Assembly: GCA_016176525.1 (NCBI GenBank)
Contig: JACOWZ010000003.1
Coordinates: forward strand, 128,001-192,000
From: Candidatus Colwellbacteria bacterium
Lineage (GTDB): Bacteria > Patescibacteriota > Minisyncoccia > UBA6257 > Colwellbacteraceae
Reading direction: 5' to 3'
Length of the DNA: 64,000 nt
In this document: piece after piece, positions 8,524-17,239 of the stretch
Numbering within the stretch: the first letter of the stretch is position 1
Layout: each line of letters starts with the position of its first letter
Made by a program: the position numbers and the translations under genes
Notes under the pieces: model-generated
Database searches by the model: none
What the model was told of the DNA's origin: nothing
The model's input: the letters and a program-made list of their open reading frames with translations, nothing else

Positions 8524-11370
8524 TCATCTTCTTAATCCTCGTATAAATATGGAAAAGTCCGAAATGTCGGTTTTGCCGTCTTGGTTGAGATCTAGCGTAC
8601 CGCGCAAAGAGGTGTCGGTTGATGCCCAACGGAACAAAAATATGCTCCAATCGCTGATATTGGCTTTGCCGTCGCCGTTTAAGTCGGTTGCCGGCACTAG
8701 TAAAGTGGAGATAATAAAACTCTTAACAATGGATTTAGGCGATCTGGGTCCGAGATTTCTGTCTTGTTGCCAAACGCTTATAGCGTGGGTGCCAACGCCC
8801 AGATCTGCAGTATTCACCAGCAGTTTATACGAGCCAGTATCCGGATATTCCGGATCTACACCACCCTCCACGCCGTCAATTTCGTATTTAATGCTTGAAG
8901 TTACAAATTTAGAGCCGCTAACCGCCAAGAAATCTCCCTTGCGCACAGTAGCCCGCGAGAGCAATATTGTTGGAGGTAAAAATATGTTTTCTACCGATGT
9001 TAAACCTCTTTGAATGTTTACTTCATAAAAAGTGGACTGTGCAGATGCCCCAAACTTGTCTGTGGCCCTAATTGCGTAATAAAAAACATCCGGCTGGGTG
9101 CTCGTAAATTCAATATAGAAAAAGCCCGAAGTTTGCACCGGAATATTGCTATCAACTTCGTAAGTCGGAGCAAAAGTACTTCCGCCGCGAGCAAGCAACG
9201 ATAGCGAGGCGTCTGGATATGCTTTGCCATGAAAATAAAGTCTGCCGATAGGAGTCGCCCCGCCTGGCGGAGGTGGTGGCGGAGGCGGAGGCGGTGGTGG
9301 CGGAGGTGGCGGTCCTGGAGGCGGAGGTGGAGGTGGCGGAGAGGTATTAGTAGTTCCGCTCGGCACATTTGAAATAGCGGAAACATTCGGCACTTCATCT
9401 GAAGTTTTAAGCGCAAAAAAGTATGTAGTGCTCTCGGAAAGCCCTGTAACAGTCATAGACTCGGAACTGCCAGCTACAGATGGCGTAGGCTCGCCGCTTA
9501 CAGCAGTTGCGGAAGAAAAATTGCCGTCAGTTATGGTAGAGGTTGAATACCTTATATCATAACTTGTGGCAGTCCCCGTACTTCCATCGTCCCCCGGCGC
9601 AGTCCAGTCGAGATCAAGTGTAGATGACGACGGGTTTGAAGCCGCTAGATCGCTTACTGCCGCAGGCGCGGTTGTGTCGGCAGATGCGGAAGTGGTGCCA
9701 CTTGGAATATTGGAAATAGCAGAAGTATTTGGCACTTCGTCAGATGTTTTGAGCGCAAAGAAGTATGTGGTACTCGCAGAGAGCCCCGTCACTGTTTTTG
9801 ATTCTGACGAACCAGCGACAGAAGGAGTAGGTTCTCCAGAAACTTGTGTAGCAGAAGAAAAATTGCCGTCGGTTATAGTTGAAGTAGAATAACGCAAATC
9901 ATAAGTAGTGGCAGTTCCCGTGTTTCCGTCGTCCCCTGGAGCCGTCCATGTAACTACAATAGACGAAGACGTAACCGAGCCGGTGGCTAAATCACTTACT
10001 GCTGCCGGCGCGGTAGTGTCCCCCGCTGCAGCAGGTGTAAATGGGCTTCCAGTCGGTACAACGCCGGTAGCGGAATAGTTCACATCATCGTCGCGGGTGT
10101 AGATGCGGTAATGGTACGCGGTGCCGTTTGTAAGGCCTGTATCCGTGCACGATGTAGACGATGTCACGCAGGCAACAGTTGAGGAACCGATGGTATTGCC
10201 GACTACATATGTTGTCCCCTCGGTTGGAGTATCGGAGGTGGCGGCGCCGGCTCTGCGCAAGATAATCGTGCTTGTATAGTCGGAATCGGCCGGGTTAGTC
10301 CAAGAAAGAGAAACCTGCGCGTCACCTGCCGTGCCAGTTGCGCCCGTGACATTTGCCGGCGACTCGTTGTCGATTGTGACTGTGGCGGAGTTGGTGTCGG
10401 TTCCTGCTTGTGTGTTGGTGCTTGTGAAAGCGGTAATTGTGCCGGTCACAGAATAAGTTGAGCCAGAAGGCGCGGGCATGTCGGCGTGTGATTTTGGAGT
10501 GATACGAATTTTGAATGAGGTGAGAGTTGTTGTGACAGGAATCCCGCAGCTTGTAAGCGAGACGGTGCTTGAGGCTGGGTCGACCTGCGAACAATACGTA
10601 GTAGAACCAGCGTTATTTGTTATCTCAACAAGCGAGAGACCGCCGGAAACGCCTGATGCTAAGGTTGCAGTCGCCGCTGTAACTGTGTCTGTGCCGGTTG
10701 AAGTTTGGAGAGTAAATGTATCAAGTTCGGTGGCAGAAGCGCCTGGGGCGATAGAGGAATTTGAGGGATTCGTGCCGTTGCCGATGGTCGTTGTCGCCGC
10801 GGGAGGAGTATATGTAACTGTTATCCATAAGTAATCAAAATGAATGGCGTCGGCTGCTCCGCCGTCGTTCGAGGTAAACTCAATATCAATATTTTGTATT
10901 TCGCTCAAGGTATCAACACCAGCCGAGAAAAGATTGTAGCTCTGCTCCGCGCTAAAACCAGTGATGTCGGTTGGAGTAATTGTTGTGTTTGTTAGCCCTC
11001 CGCCGTTGTCATAACGCACAGAATTTGTGCCGTTATACCCATCTTCAGCGCCGAACTGCAAACGGAGAGACACAGCAGTAATAGTAGAGCCAACTGGAAT
11101 CGACGAAACATCAAAAGTTATAAACTGCATAACAGCGCCTTTATCTACAGTGTAAACCCCATCGCTTGCAACAACCGCAGAAAGTGTGTCTGGGTCTACA
11201 GATGAATTATCGGTTGTAATTTCACTAAGCGCTTCGCCTGTGTTGTCGTTGGCATGCTTTGCATTAGGCACAGCGTTTAGCGTGTCTGCCAAAACCAGAG
11301 ATGTGCCATCAAAAAACCCAAACAAAACAACAATAGCAATAATAAATATAAAAAACTTAATTAACTTCAC
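8524..11370 (-). CDS. Secreted fibronectin-III repeat protein with polyproline linker and C-terminal dockerin
   Basis: Signal peptide; Fn3 motifs (LSWT/VTWTAP...YFFAL); duplicated DLNxDGKxxISDxSIF calcium loops. Confidence 0.8.
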   Translation of the reverse strand: MKLIKFFIFIIAIVVLFGFFDGTSLVLADTLNAVPNAKHANDNTGEALSEITTDNSSVDPDTLSAVVASDGVYTVDKGAVMQFITFDVSSIPVGSTITAVSLRLQFGAEDGYNGTNSVRYDNGGGLTNTTITPTDITGFSAEQSYNLFSAGVDTLSEIQNIDIEFTSNDGGAADAIHFDYLWITVTYTPPAATTTIGNGTNPSNSSIAPGASATELDTFTLQTSTGTDTVTAATATLASGVSGGLSLVEITNNAGSTTYCSQVDPASSTVSLTSCGIPVTTTLTSFKIRITPKSHADMPAPSGSTYSVTGTITAFTSTNTQAGTDTNSATVTIDNESPANVTGATGTAGDAQVSLSWTNPADSDYTSTIILRRAGAATSDTPTEGTTYVVGNTIGSSTVACVTSSTSCTDTGLTNGTAYHYRIYTRDDDVNYSATGVVPTGSPFTPAAAGDTTAPAAVSDLATGSVTSSSIVVTWTAPGDDGNTGTATTYDLRYSTSTITDGNFSSATQVSGEPTPSVAGSSESKTVTGLSASTTYFFALKTSDEVPNTSAISNIPSGTTSASADTTAPAAVSDLAASNPSSSTLDLDWTAPGDDGSTGTATSYDIRYSTSTITDGNFSSATAVSGEPTPSVAGSSESMTVTGLSESTTYFFALKTSDEVPNVSAISNVPSGTTNTSPPPPPPPPGPPPPPPPPPPPPPPPPGGATPIGRLYFHGKAYPDASLSLLARGGSTFAPTYEVDSNIPVQTSGFFYIEFTSTQPDVFYYAIRATDKFGASAQSTFYEVNIQRGLTSVENIFLPPTILLSRATVRKGDFLAVSGSKFVTSSIKYEIDGVEGGVDPEYPDTGSYKLLVNTADLGVGTHAISVWQQDRNLGPRSPKSIVKSFIISTLLVPATDLNGDGKANISDWSIFLFRWASTDTSLRGTLDLNQDGKTDISDFSIFIRGLRR
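9265..9339 (-). repeat. Polyproline tract P8-G-P16
   Basis: 24 Pro codons out of 25. Confidence 0.95.
9350..10020 (-). repeat. Two tandem near-identical Fn3 repeats, 342-nt period
   Basis: DTTAPAAVSDLA...WTAPGDDG...TTYFFALKTSDEVPN occurs twice. Confidence 0.85.
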
Positions 11371-11400
11371 GTTAGAGTAATTTTAGCACATCTAATACCC

Positions 11401-11922
11401 TTACTTTAAGCTCTTTATCTTTTTTTTCAGCTCAACCATCTTGAGCTCTCTGCCAACCATAAATTTATTCATTCTCTCAATCTCTTTTGTGTGACGCTCG
11501 GCTTCTTTCTGACTTTCCACCTCTTTTGTTATGTCTCTAAAAATCTCTATAGAGCCAATTGGCTTATTATCTAAAATAATCGGCGAGGCGGTTATAAAGA
11601 CCGGGAAAACACTGCCGTCTTTTCTAACATAGTTTGATGTGCCGCTTACAGACTCCCCCGTTTGCAAAGATTTAGTAACCAATCTATCTGTAGCCGGCAC
11701 CGGTCTGCCGTCATTATCTATATCTTTAACCACATCCGGAAACCACTTGCCTAAAAGGTCGCTTTCTTCGCATCCAAGGAAACTAAGGGCGGGTTTATTT
11801 ACTTTATTAATTTTCCCGCTCTCGTCTATTGCAATAAAGCCGTCGCCAATACTTTCTATTGTCGCCTCAAGACGCAAACGCTCTTCTGTAATTTTCGCGT
11901 TCTCATCTGTATTTTTAACCAT
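11401..11922 (-). CDS. Stand-alone PAS protein with C-terminal MVGRELKM coiled coil
   Basis: PAS/PAC motifs (IGDGFIAID, RKDGSVFPV, IFRDITKE); no kinase domain. Confidence 0.85.
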   Translation of the reverse strand: MVKNTDENAKITEERLRLEATIESIGDGFIAIDESGKINKVNKPALSFLGCEESDLLGKWFPDVVKDIDNDGRPVPATDRLVTKSLQTGESVSGTSNYVRKDGSVFPVFITASPIILDNKPIGSIEIFRDITKEVESQKEAERHTKEIERMNKFMVGRELKMVELKKKIKSLK

Positions 11923-11928
11923 TTTTTA

Positions 11929-12171
11929 TCAACGAGTAAGGCTTATAAGTCTGGAGGTGAATTTATTTACTACCTCTGGGTCATTAGTAAGCAAAGCAAC
12001 CGAAACTTTCATCCAATCTATAAGTTTTAATAAATCTTCTGTTGTCATCTCCGACGGAGCTTTATGCAAATGGGTTCTAATTTGCCTGTCTATAAACCTG
12101 CCAGAGGCAGGGCCCAAGAAGTCATCGGCAACTTTTACAACTTCATCATATAACATAACTGTTGAAACCAT
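11929..12171 (-). CDS. Small helical hypothetical protein (80 aa)
   Basis: Closely spaced within the minus-strand gene run; FLGPASGRFIDRQI motif. Confidence 0.7.
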   Translation of the reverse strand: MVSTVMLYDEVVKVADDFLGPASGRFIDRQIRTHLHKAPSEMTTEDLLKLIDWMKVSVALLTNDPEVVNKFTSRLISLTR

Positions 12172-12179
12172 GATTTGTA

Positions 12180-13133
12180 TTATACTGACTCAATTTTTGT
12201 TAGCTTTCTAACGCCAATTGCAAGTGATATGTATGCGACTGCAATAATAAATATTAAAATGTAAATAAGGGCCAGAATCTGCCATAAGCCAAGTTGCAAA
12301 ATAGCTGCTGAACCTATCGACCTTAATCCTTCCAAGAAAATCGACAAAAATACAAGAAAAACTATTCCTAAAGAGATCCAATTAAACATACTTTTGTAAA
12401 TTATTCCTGTAGCTTCTTTAACATACCTGGAGAAACCTTGAATTGAAGCAATACCCAAAAACCACGCAATAAAAGTTGGCACAATAAGAGTTAGTGTCGC
12501 CGCAGCTGGACCTATATAATATGTCGGCCTAATATCTCCAACTTGTTGAAAAGAAGCTTCGTGCGAGAAAATTAAAGTAAGAAAAATATAACCCAGAAGA
12601 CTAATGAATACTGATGCAGCAATGATAAATTTCTTGGTAAACTTCAACGTTTTACCATGCAGGTTAAAAAAACGCATCGATGAACGCAGAAAATAACTAA
12701 ACCCTATAAGATAAGGTATAACAAAGAAATATTGGCTTAAAGTTGAGGTAATTGGTCTCCAAGAAAAATCAGAAGCACCTTGGGCAAAATAAGAACTTGT
12801 TGTTGAAATAATAGAAGATAATATTCCCAACCAAACAATAAAACCAACACCTTTTAGCATATCGCGGAATGCTGGTTCTTCTTTGGTGTCACGTATTAAA
12901 TTTACATAACGCTTTAAAGCTGAAAAAGCGAAAACCCCAGCGAACCAGATAATAAACATTGGTATTGCGAGGGTAACTCTTATTATAAATAACCCTTGTT
13001 CGGAAATATTGTACAAAGCCGCGGATTGCGGGTTTACAGGTGTGTTAAGTATAAGTGTTGAATAGACCAGTATCCAGAGAACAAGTATCGTGTAATATAT
13101 ATTCCACCCCTTAGTTTTTGCGGGCATAGCCAT
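12180..13133 (-). CDS. Multi-pass membrane protein (about 7-8 TM), possible sensor
   Basis: Repeated hydrophobic segments; TGCTATAAT just upstream. Confidence 0.75.
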   Translation of the reverse strand: MAMPAKTKGWNIYYTILVLWILVYSTLILNTPVNPQSAALYNISEQGLFIIRVTLAIPMFIIWFAGVFAFSALKRYVNLIRDTKEEPAFRDMLKGVGFIVWLGILSSIISTTSSYFAQGASDFSWRPITSTLSQYFFVIPYLIGFSYFLRSSMRFFNLHGKTLKFTKKFIIAASVFISLLGYIFLTLIFSHEASFQQVGDIRPTYYIGPAAATLTLIVPTFIAWFLGIASIQGFSRYVKEATGIIYKSMFNWISLGIVFLVFLSIFLEGLRSIGSAAILQLGLWQILALIYILIFIIAVAYISLAIGVRKLTKIESV

Positions 13134-13166
13134 ATTATTATAGATTATAGCACATCTATTTTAGTT

Positions 13167-13240
13167 TGGTCGGGCTGCTGGGAATTGAACCCAGTCTTTA
13201 CGCACCCGAAGCGCACGTACTACCGGTATACTACAGCCCG
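13167..13240 (-). tRNA. tRNA-Pro(CGG)
   Basis: Cloverleaf; anticodon loop TT-CGG-GT; CCA encoded. Confidence 0.93.
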
Positions 13241-13251
13241 TGGCTCAAATA

Positions 13252-13653
13252 TTATGCTCGATCCTTCTTTTTGTGAAGCTCTTTTGATTTTTGAGTAATC
13301 GCAAAAAGCGTCAGCACGCCTAAGTAGACACCGACAATTACATCGGATGGAATATGATAATCCTCGCCTAAGATAAAGGCAGCGGCAAGAATAGCAACCA
13401 TCACAACGGTCCAGAGTATCACGAATAACTCTCCCGGATGGCGCGATTCATGATGTTCATACCACCTTTCAAACTCTTTTGTCGTAACATACAAACCTAA
13501 TACGCCGGTATATAGCATACTAAGCGGCACAACTAAAAAGTTGTATGCGTTGTGGTTTATAAAATTCCACACGATAAAGCTGAGCATAACGAAAGTCCAA
13601 AAATTGGTAAGCCGCCTCCAGAATCTTCCTTGGTTAAGAATAATGTCTGCCAT
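13252..13653 (-). CDS. Hypothetical 4-TM membrane protein
   Basis: Four hydrophobic stretches; overlaps the cca stop codon. Confidence 0.75.
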   Translation of the reverse strand: MADIILNQGRFWRRLTNFWTFVMLSFIVWNFINHNAYNFLVVPLSMLYTGVLGLYVTTKEFERWYEHHESRHPGELFVILWTVVMVAILAAAFILGEDYHIPSDVIVGVYLGVLTLFAITQKSKELHKKKDRA

Positions 13654-15152
13654 TACTTAATAAAATATTTCGTTTTTATTTCCTCGTCAATTCTGTTTTG
13701 CGCCTCTTCGGCACTTTTCTTTGCGCCCGCTGAAAGTTTGTTTAATTCCTTATCGCTTAACTTGTTTAGTTCCGCAGCTTTTTCTAAAAGCTTTGTTTTA
13801 GTGTTTTCCTTGGGCTCTGCTAAAACTTCTTCTAAGAGAATAGTGATAATTTGGCCTAGCCGCGGTCCTGCCTCAATTTTAATTTCTTTTATTAAATCGT
13901 TGCCGTTAATTTTTAGCATCTTAGGGCTAATCGGGTCGGACTTAACTTTCTCTATCATTGCTTGGAGCGCACGCAATCTGTATGGCTGGGCTTTTGGAAC
14001 GCCGGAACCAATGCGGTCTGCCTCGCGCACTTTTATTAAATCGCCTACATTTTCTTCGCCAACACGCTTTATAAGTCTGCGCACTCCAGCCGGAGTTACA
14101 ACCTCTGGGTCGTAAACAAACATATGCTCGCGCACCAATAAAGACACTTTATCTACAATCTCGCGCGAAAATTTTAGGCGCTCCAAGATTTTCTTCGCCA
14201 TTCGCTCACCCACAACCTGGTGGCCGTAAAAAGTGCAGTCTGGCCCCTCGCCTCTTTTACTCTTGGGCTTGCCAACATCGTGTAACAGCGAAGCAATTCG
14301 GACTTCCAACGAATAGCCCTTTTTTGCAGAATACTCTAGCGACTTAACATTGTGCTCGAAAACCGTATAGATATGGTGTTTGTTCTGCCCAACGCCAATT
14401 CCATCTCGAAGTTCCGGAATAATGTGTTTCAAAAGTCCGGAGACCTCTAATAATTCAACTCCCGCACGAGCATTTTCTGCCATAATAAGTTTTGCAAACT
14501 CATCTCTAATACGCTCTTTGGCAATTTTCTCTAATAAATCAGAATTATTGTTTATAGCAAACTGTGTTTGGGACTCTATACTAAAACTAAATTGAGTAGC
14601 AAAACGTACCGCACGCATCAGCCGCAGTGCGTCTTCGCTAAACCGTTCTTCTGCATTGCCCACAGCACGGATTATTTTATCTTTGAGGTCTTTCAAGCCA
14701 TTATATGGATCAACCAAAATTAGCCCTTTAACGGTGTTATGATGTGTCATAACACCGTTTAACTCGTTAGATAAGTTAAAAGCTATGGCATTGATTGTAA
14801 AATCTCTGCGAGAAAGATCTTCTTCTATAGTCTTGGCAAACTCAACTTTGTCTGGATGGCGCGCATCAGAATAGCTGCTTTCTTTGCGAAAGGTTGTAAC
14901 TTCTACAACTTTAAGTATTTCGTCATCGGAGTCGGTTTTTATGCCAACTGTGCCGAACTTGTTTTCGTAAACGCTATCTGAAAAAACTTTTTGTATTTCT
15001 TCCGGCCTAGCATCCGTAGCTATGTCCCAATCACTGGGAGTGCGGTTAATTAGTAAGTCGCGCAAACAACCGCCTACTAAATATGCCGAAAAATTATTTT
15101 TCGCGAGCTTTTCTGCAATTACTGAAACTTCTTTTGGAATGTTGAATTTCAT
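13653..15152 (-). CDS. cca: CCA tRNA nucleotidyltransferase with HD domain
   Basis: GGCLRD, DWDIAT, RRDFTINA, EDALR, LLHDVGK. Confidence 0.9.
   Translation of the reverse strand: MKFNIPKEVSVIAEKLAKNNFSAYLVGGCLRDLLINRTPSDWDIATDARPEEIQKVFSDSVYENKFGTVGIKTDSDDEILKVVEVTTFRKESSYSDARHPDKVEFAKTIEEDLSRRDFTINAIAFNLSNELNGVMTHHNTVKGLILVDPYNGLKDLKDKIIRAVGNAEERFSEDALRLMRAVRFATQFSFSIESQTQFAINNNSDLLEKIAKERIRDEFAKLIMAENARAGVELLEVSGLLKHIIPELRDGIGVGQNKHHIYTVFEHNVKSLEYSAKKGYSLEVRIASLLHDVGKPKSKRGEGPDCTFYGHQVVGERMAKKILERLKFSREIVDKVSLLVREHMFVYDPEVVTPAGVRRLIKRVGEENVGDLIKVREADRIGSGVPKAQPYRLRALQAMIEKVKSDPISPKMLKINGNDLIKEIKIEAGPRLGQIITILLEEVLAEPKENTKTKLLEKAAELNKLSDKELNKLSAGAKKSAEEAQNRIDEEIKTKYFIK
14730..14759. repeat. 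In-frame palindrome inside cca
   Basis: AACGGTGTTATGA-TGTG-TCATAACACCGTT; sister copy at 41040-41067. Confidence 0.85.
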
Positions 15153-15191
15153 GTGTTTTAATTATAACCTGTTCTTGAAAGTAAAAAACTT

Positions 15192-15263
15192 GCCCCTGTC
15201 GTTCAACGGATAGGATAACTGGCTTCGAACCAGTGGATGGGAGTTCGATTCTCTCCGGGGGCA
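15192..15263 (+). tRNA. tRNA-Arg(TCG)
   Basis: ACTGG-CTTCGAA-CCAGT anticodon arm; no encoded CCA. Confidence 0.93.
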
Positions 15264-15433
15264 CACAAACAAAAACAAACCCAATAAAAGTGGGTTTGTC
15301 TTTGTTTGATATGTTTTAGCGAATCGAAGACCGCAGCCGATTTTTAAGCTTCAAAAATCGGCGAGGGGCGGCCTGCGAGCGCGACGAGCGACGGCGAGGA
15401 GCGACTTGTAGGCGATTCTCTCCGGGGGCACAC
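15246..15433 (+). repeat. 21-bp direct repeat of the tRNA-Arg 3' end around a hairpin-rich spacer
   Basis: CGATTCTCTCCGGGGGCACAC at 15246-15266 and 15413-15433. Confidence 0.85.
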
Positions 15434-15462
15434 TTGACAATTTAGGTTAAATATGCCATACT
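15434..15462 (+). promoter_or_regulatory. Sigma70-type promoter
   Basis: TTGACA-17-CATACT. Confidence 0.65.
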
Positions 15463-15545
15463 AGTGGCAGTCCCTTTAATTAAAGGAGGAATGTTGTACG
15501 AACCAAACAGTAGAGAAAACCAACCAGCTTGGTCCTGCAGTACGA

Positions 15546-16151
15546 ATGGCTCTCGTGCAGATGGATTTTACTAATGAGGAGCTTGTGCCTCTCATTATTA
15601 AAAAACTCCAGCGCGAGAAGAAGCAACAGTTCGCAACCCGTAAAAGCAGACGAAGCGGCGCGCAACTCGTAGACATCCGGGATATTCTGGTGTCGGCAGA
15701 AACTCTCGCCGAAGGCCTGAAAAACGCCGGCTACGAGCTAACAGACGCGCACTACGAACCCCGGCAAGACCAGCGCAACCAAAACCGAACCTACCACATG
15801 GTGCGGTTCTGGTTTACGAGGAGTGAGCATGCAAAACCCTCCACAGACTTTCTGTCTGTGCGAGAGGGTGTGCTCTCCGAACTTGAGCGAATGCTTACAA
15901 CCAACTTCTGGAAGCAGTTGCGGGTATACCGCAACCCCTTCTACAGTCCGGAAACGGGCGAAGAAGTTGAAGAAGCGCGCACAATGTCGGTGAACCTCGG
16001 CGTGCCGGAACGGATCTTCGATGAAAAGAACGTCCGCCGCGAAGTATGGGTTCGGGACCAAAACGGGCTAAAAACCCACAAAACCGCGATCTCCCACGAT
16101 CTTAGCATCTACGCGGACAAAACCGCGATACATGCTGTAGGTCCGAGCTAG
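15546..16151 (+). CDS. Hypothetical protein; may start at ACG 15498
   Basis: 201-aa ORF with its own promoter and terminator; AAGGAGG 8 nt before an in-frame ACG. Confidence 0.7.
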   Translation: MALVQMDFTNEELVPLIIKKLQREKKQQFATRKSRRSGAQLVDIRDILVSAETLAEGLKNAGYELTDAHYEPRQDQRNQNRTYHMVRFWFTRSEHAKPSTDFLSVREGVLSELERMLTTNFWKQLRVYRNPFYSPETGEEVEEARTMSVNLGVPERIFDEKNVRREVWVRDQNGLKTHKTAISHDLSIYADKTAIHAVGPS

Positions 16152-16170
16152 CGGTATCTCTCCCCAACTA

Positions 16171-16208
16171 GGGGCACAAAGGCAATCGCCAATGTGCCCC
16201 ATTTTTTT
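16171..16208 (+). terminator. Intrinsic terminator
   Basis: GGGGCACA...TGTGCCCC followed by a T run. Confidence 0.75.
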
Positions 16209-16224
16209 ATCCACATATGGTGAC

Positions 16225-16253
16225 TTGACATAGAACAAGCTTTATGCTAACAT
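16225..16253 (+). promoter_or_regulatory. Sigma70-type promoter
   Basis: TTGACA-17-TAACAT with extended TG. Confidence 0.7.
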
Positions 16254-16330
16254 TAGAAGCAGAGTTGGAAGAGGGTCTTCCAACTAACAGTACCTAGACA
16301 AAAGAAAAAGAGACCGGTAAAGCCGGAAAA

Positions 16331-17089
16331 ATGAAGGAGAGAAGGGAAATGCAAAAACTGCAAAACGGAATAACCGTAAAGAACGACGACCAGCGAACGA
16401 AGGAAGCTCTGGAGCGGGCGGAAGCAAAGAAGGCGAGCGTGATGCCGTGCATCACGGTACGCCTTGCGAAGAGTTCCGCAAGGCTTCTCGATGAGCTCAA
16501 GGAGAAGGGCATCAAACTGATCCCCGACCTTGAAAGCGACGGGCATGTGCTCGCTGCGTTCAAGGATGGAGAGAAAGTTCCCCTCGTCCTGGAGAGCGCG
16601 GTTGCAACCGGAGGAGCTCGCCCCACGATCCTTGAGTTCATGGGGCCGAAAGAACTCCGAAGCACCTACACTCGCTTCGCCGTGTCGCAGAGGGACTTCA
16701 GGGAGAAGACCTTTGCTCCGACCAAGCGCACGCGCTACAACAACTCCGCTGGTGAAGACGAGGTGCGGTGCATGTCGGAAGGACATGGCAAGGTTCAGGC
16801 GCCAGCGAAAACCGAGCTTGTCGTGTCCGAGGTCAACACCGATGGAGGGTGTATCATCACGGAGTACACCTTCACCGTCTCCACGAAGGACGGCGCGGTC
16901 AGCATCACGGCTCGCAAACTCGCCCAGTTCCAGATGGTTCCCCGAGAACTTCTGGGTCTGAAGCCTGCCATGGACCACGCATACGACGAAGCAACGCGTG
17001 ACGTGGAATTCTGGCAAGAGCGAGACAGGCAGAACAGGATCGGCCGGAACGGGAGCAACCACTTCCGCAACGGCCACCAGCACCGCTAA
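16331..17089 (+). CDS. Hypothetical protein, GC-richer than its flanks
   Basis: 252-aa ORF; AAGGAG suggests a start at ATG 16349; promoter and terminator present. Confidence 0.7.
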   Translation: MKERREMQKLQNGITVKNDDQRTKEALERAEAKKASVMPCITVRLAKSSARLLDELKEKGIKLIPDLESDGHVLAAFKDGEKVPLVLESAVATGGARPTILEFMGPKELRSTYTRFAVSQRDFREKTFAPTKRTRYNNSAGEDEVRCMSEGHGKVQAPAKTELVVSEVNTDGGCIITEYTFTVSTKDGAVSITARKLAQFQMVPRELLGLKPAMDHAYDEATRDVEFWQERDRQNRIGRNGSNHFRNGHQHR

Positions 17090-17120
17090 GACCTTCGAAC
17101 TCTCTACCCACTCTTTTCCC

Positions 17121-17155
17121 GCCCAAACAGATTCGTCTGTTTGGGCACTTTTTTT
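17121..17155 (+). terminator. Intrinsic terminator
   Basis: GCCCAAACAGA-TTCG-TCTGTTTGGGC followed by a T run. Confidence 0.8.
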
Positions 17156-17239
17156 ATCCAAATATTATATATATTGACAATATAATATATTTATGCTAAA
17201 AAATAAGCAGTACTCCAAAAGATAGGGAGTCTGTTGTAG

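Noticed and set aside
16253-17161. 302-aa minus-strand ORF
   Set aside because: Antisense to 16331..17089, which has the promoter, SD and terminator.
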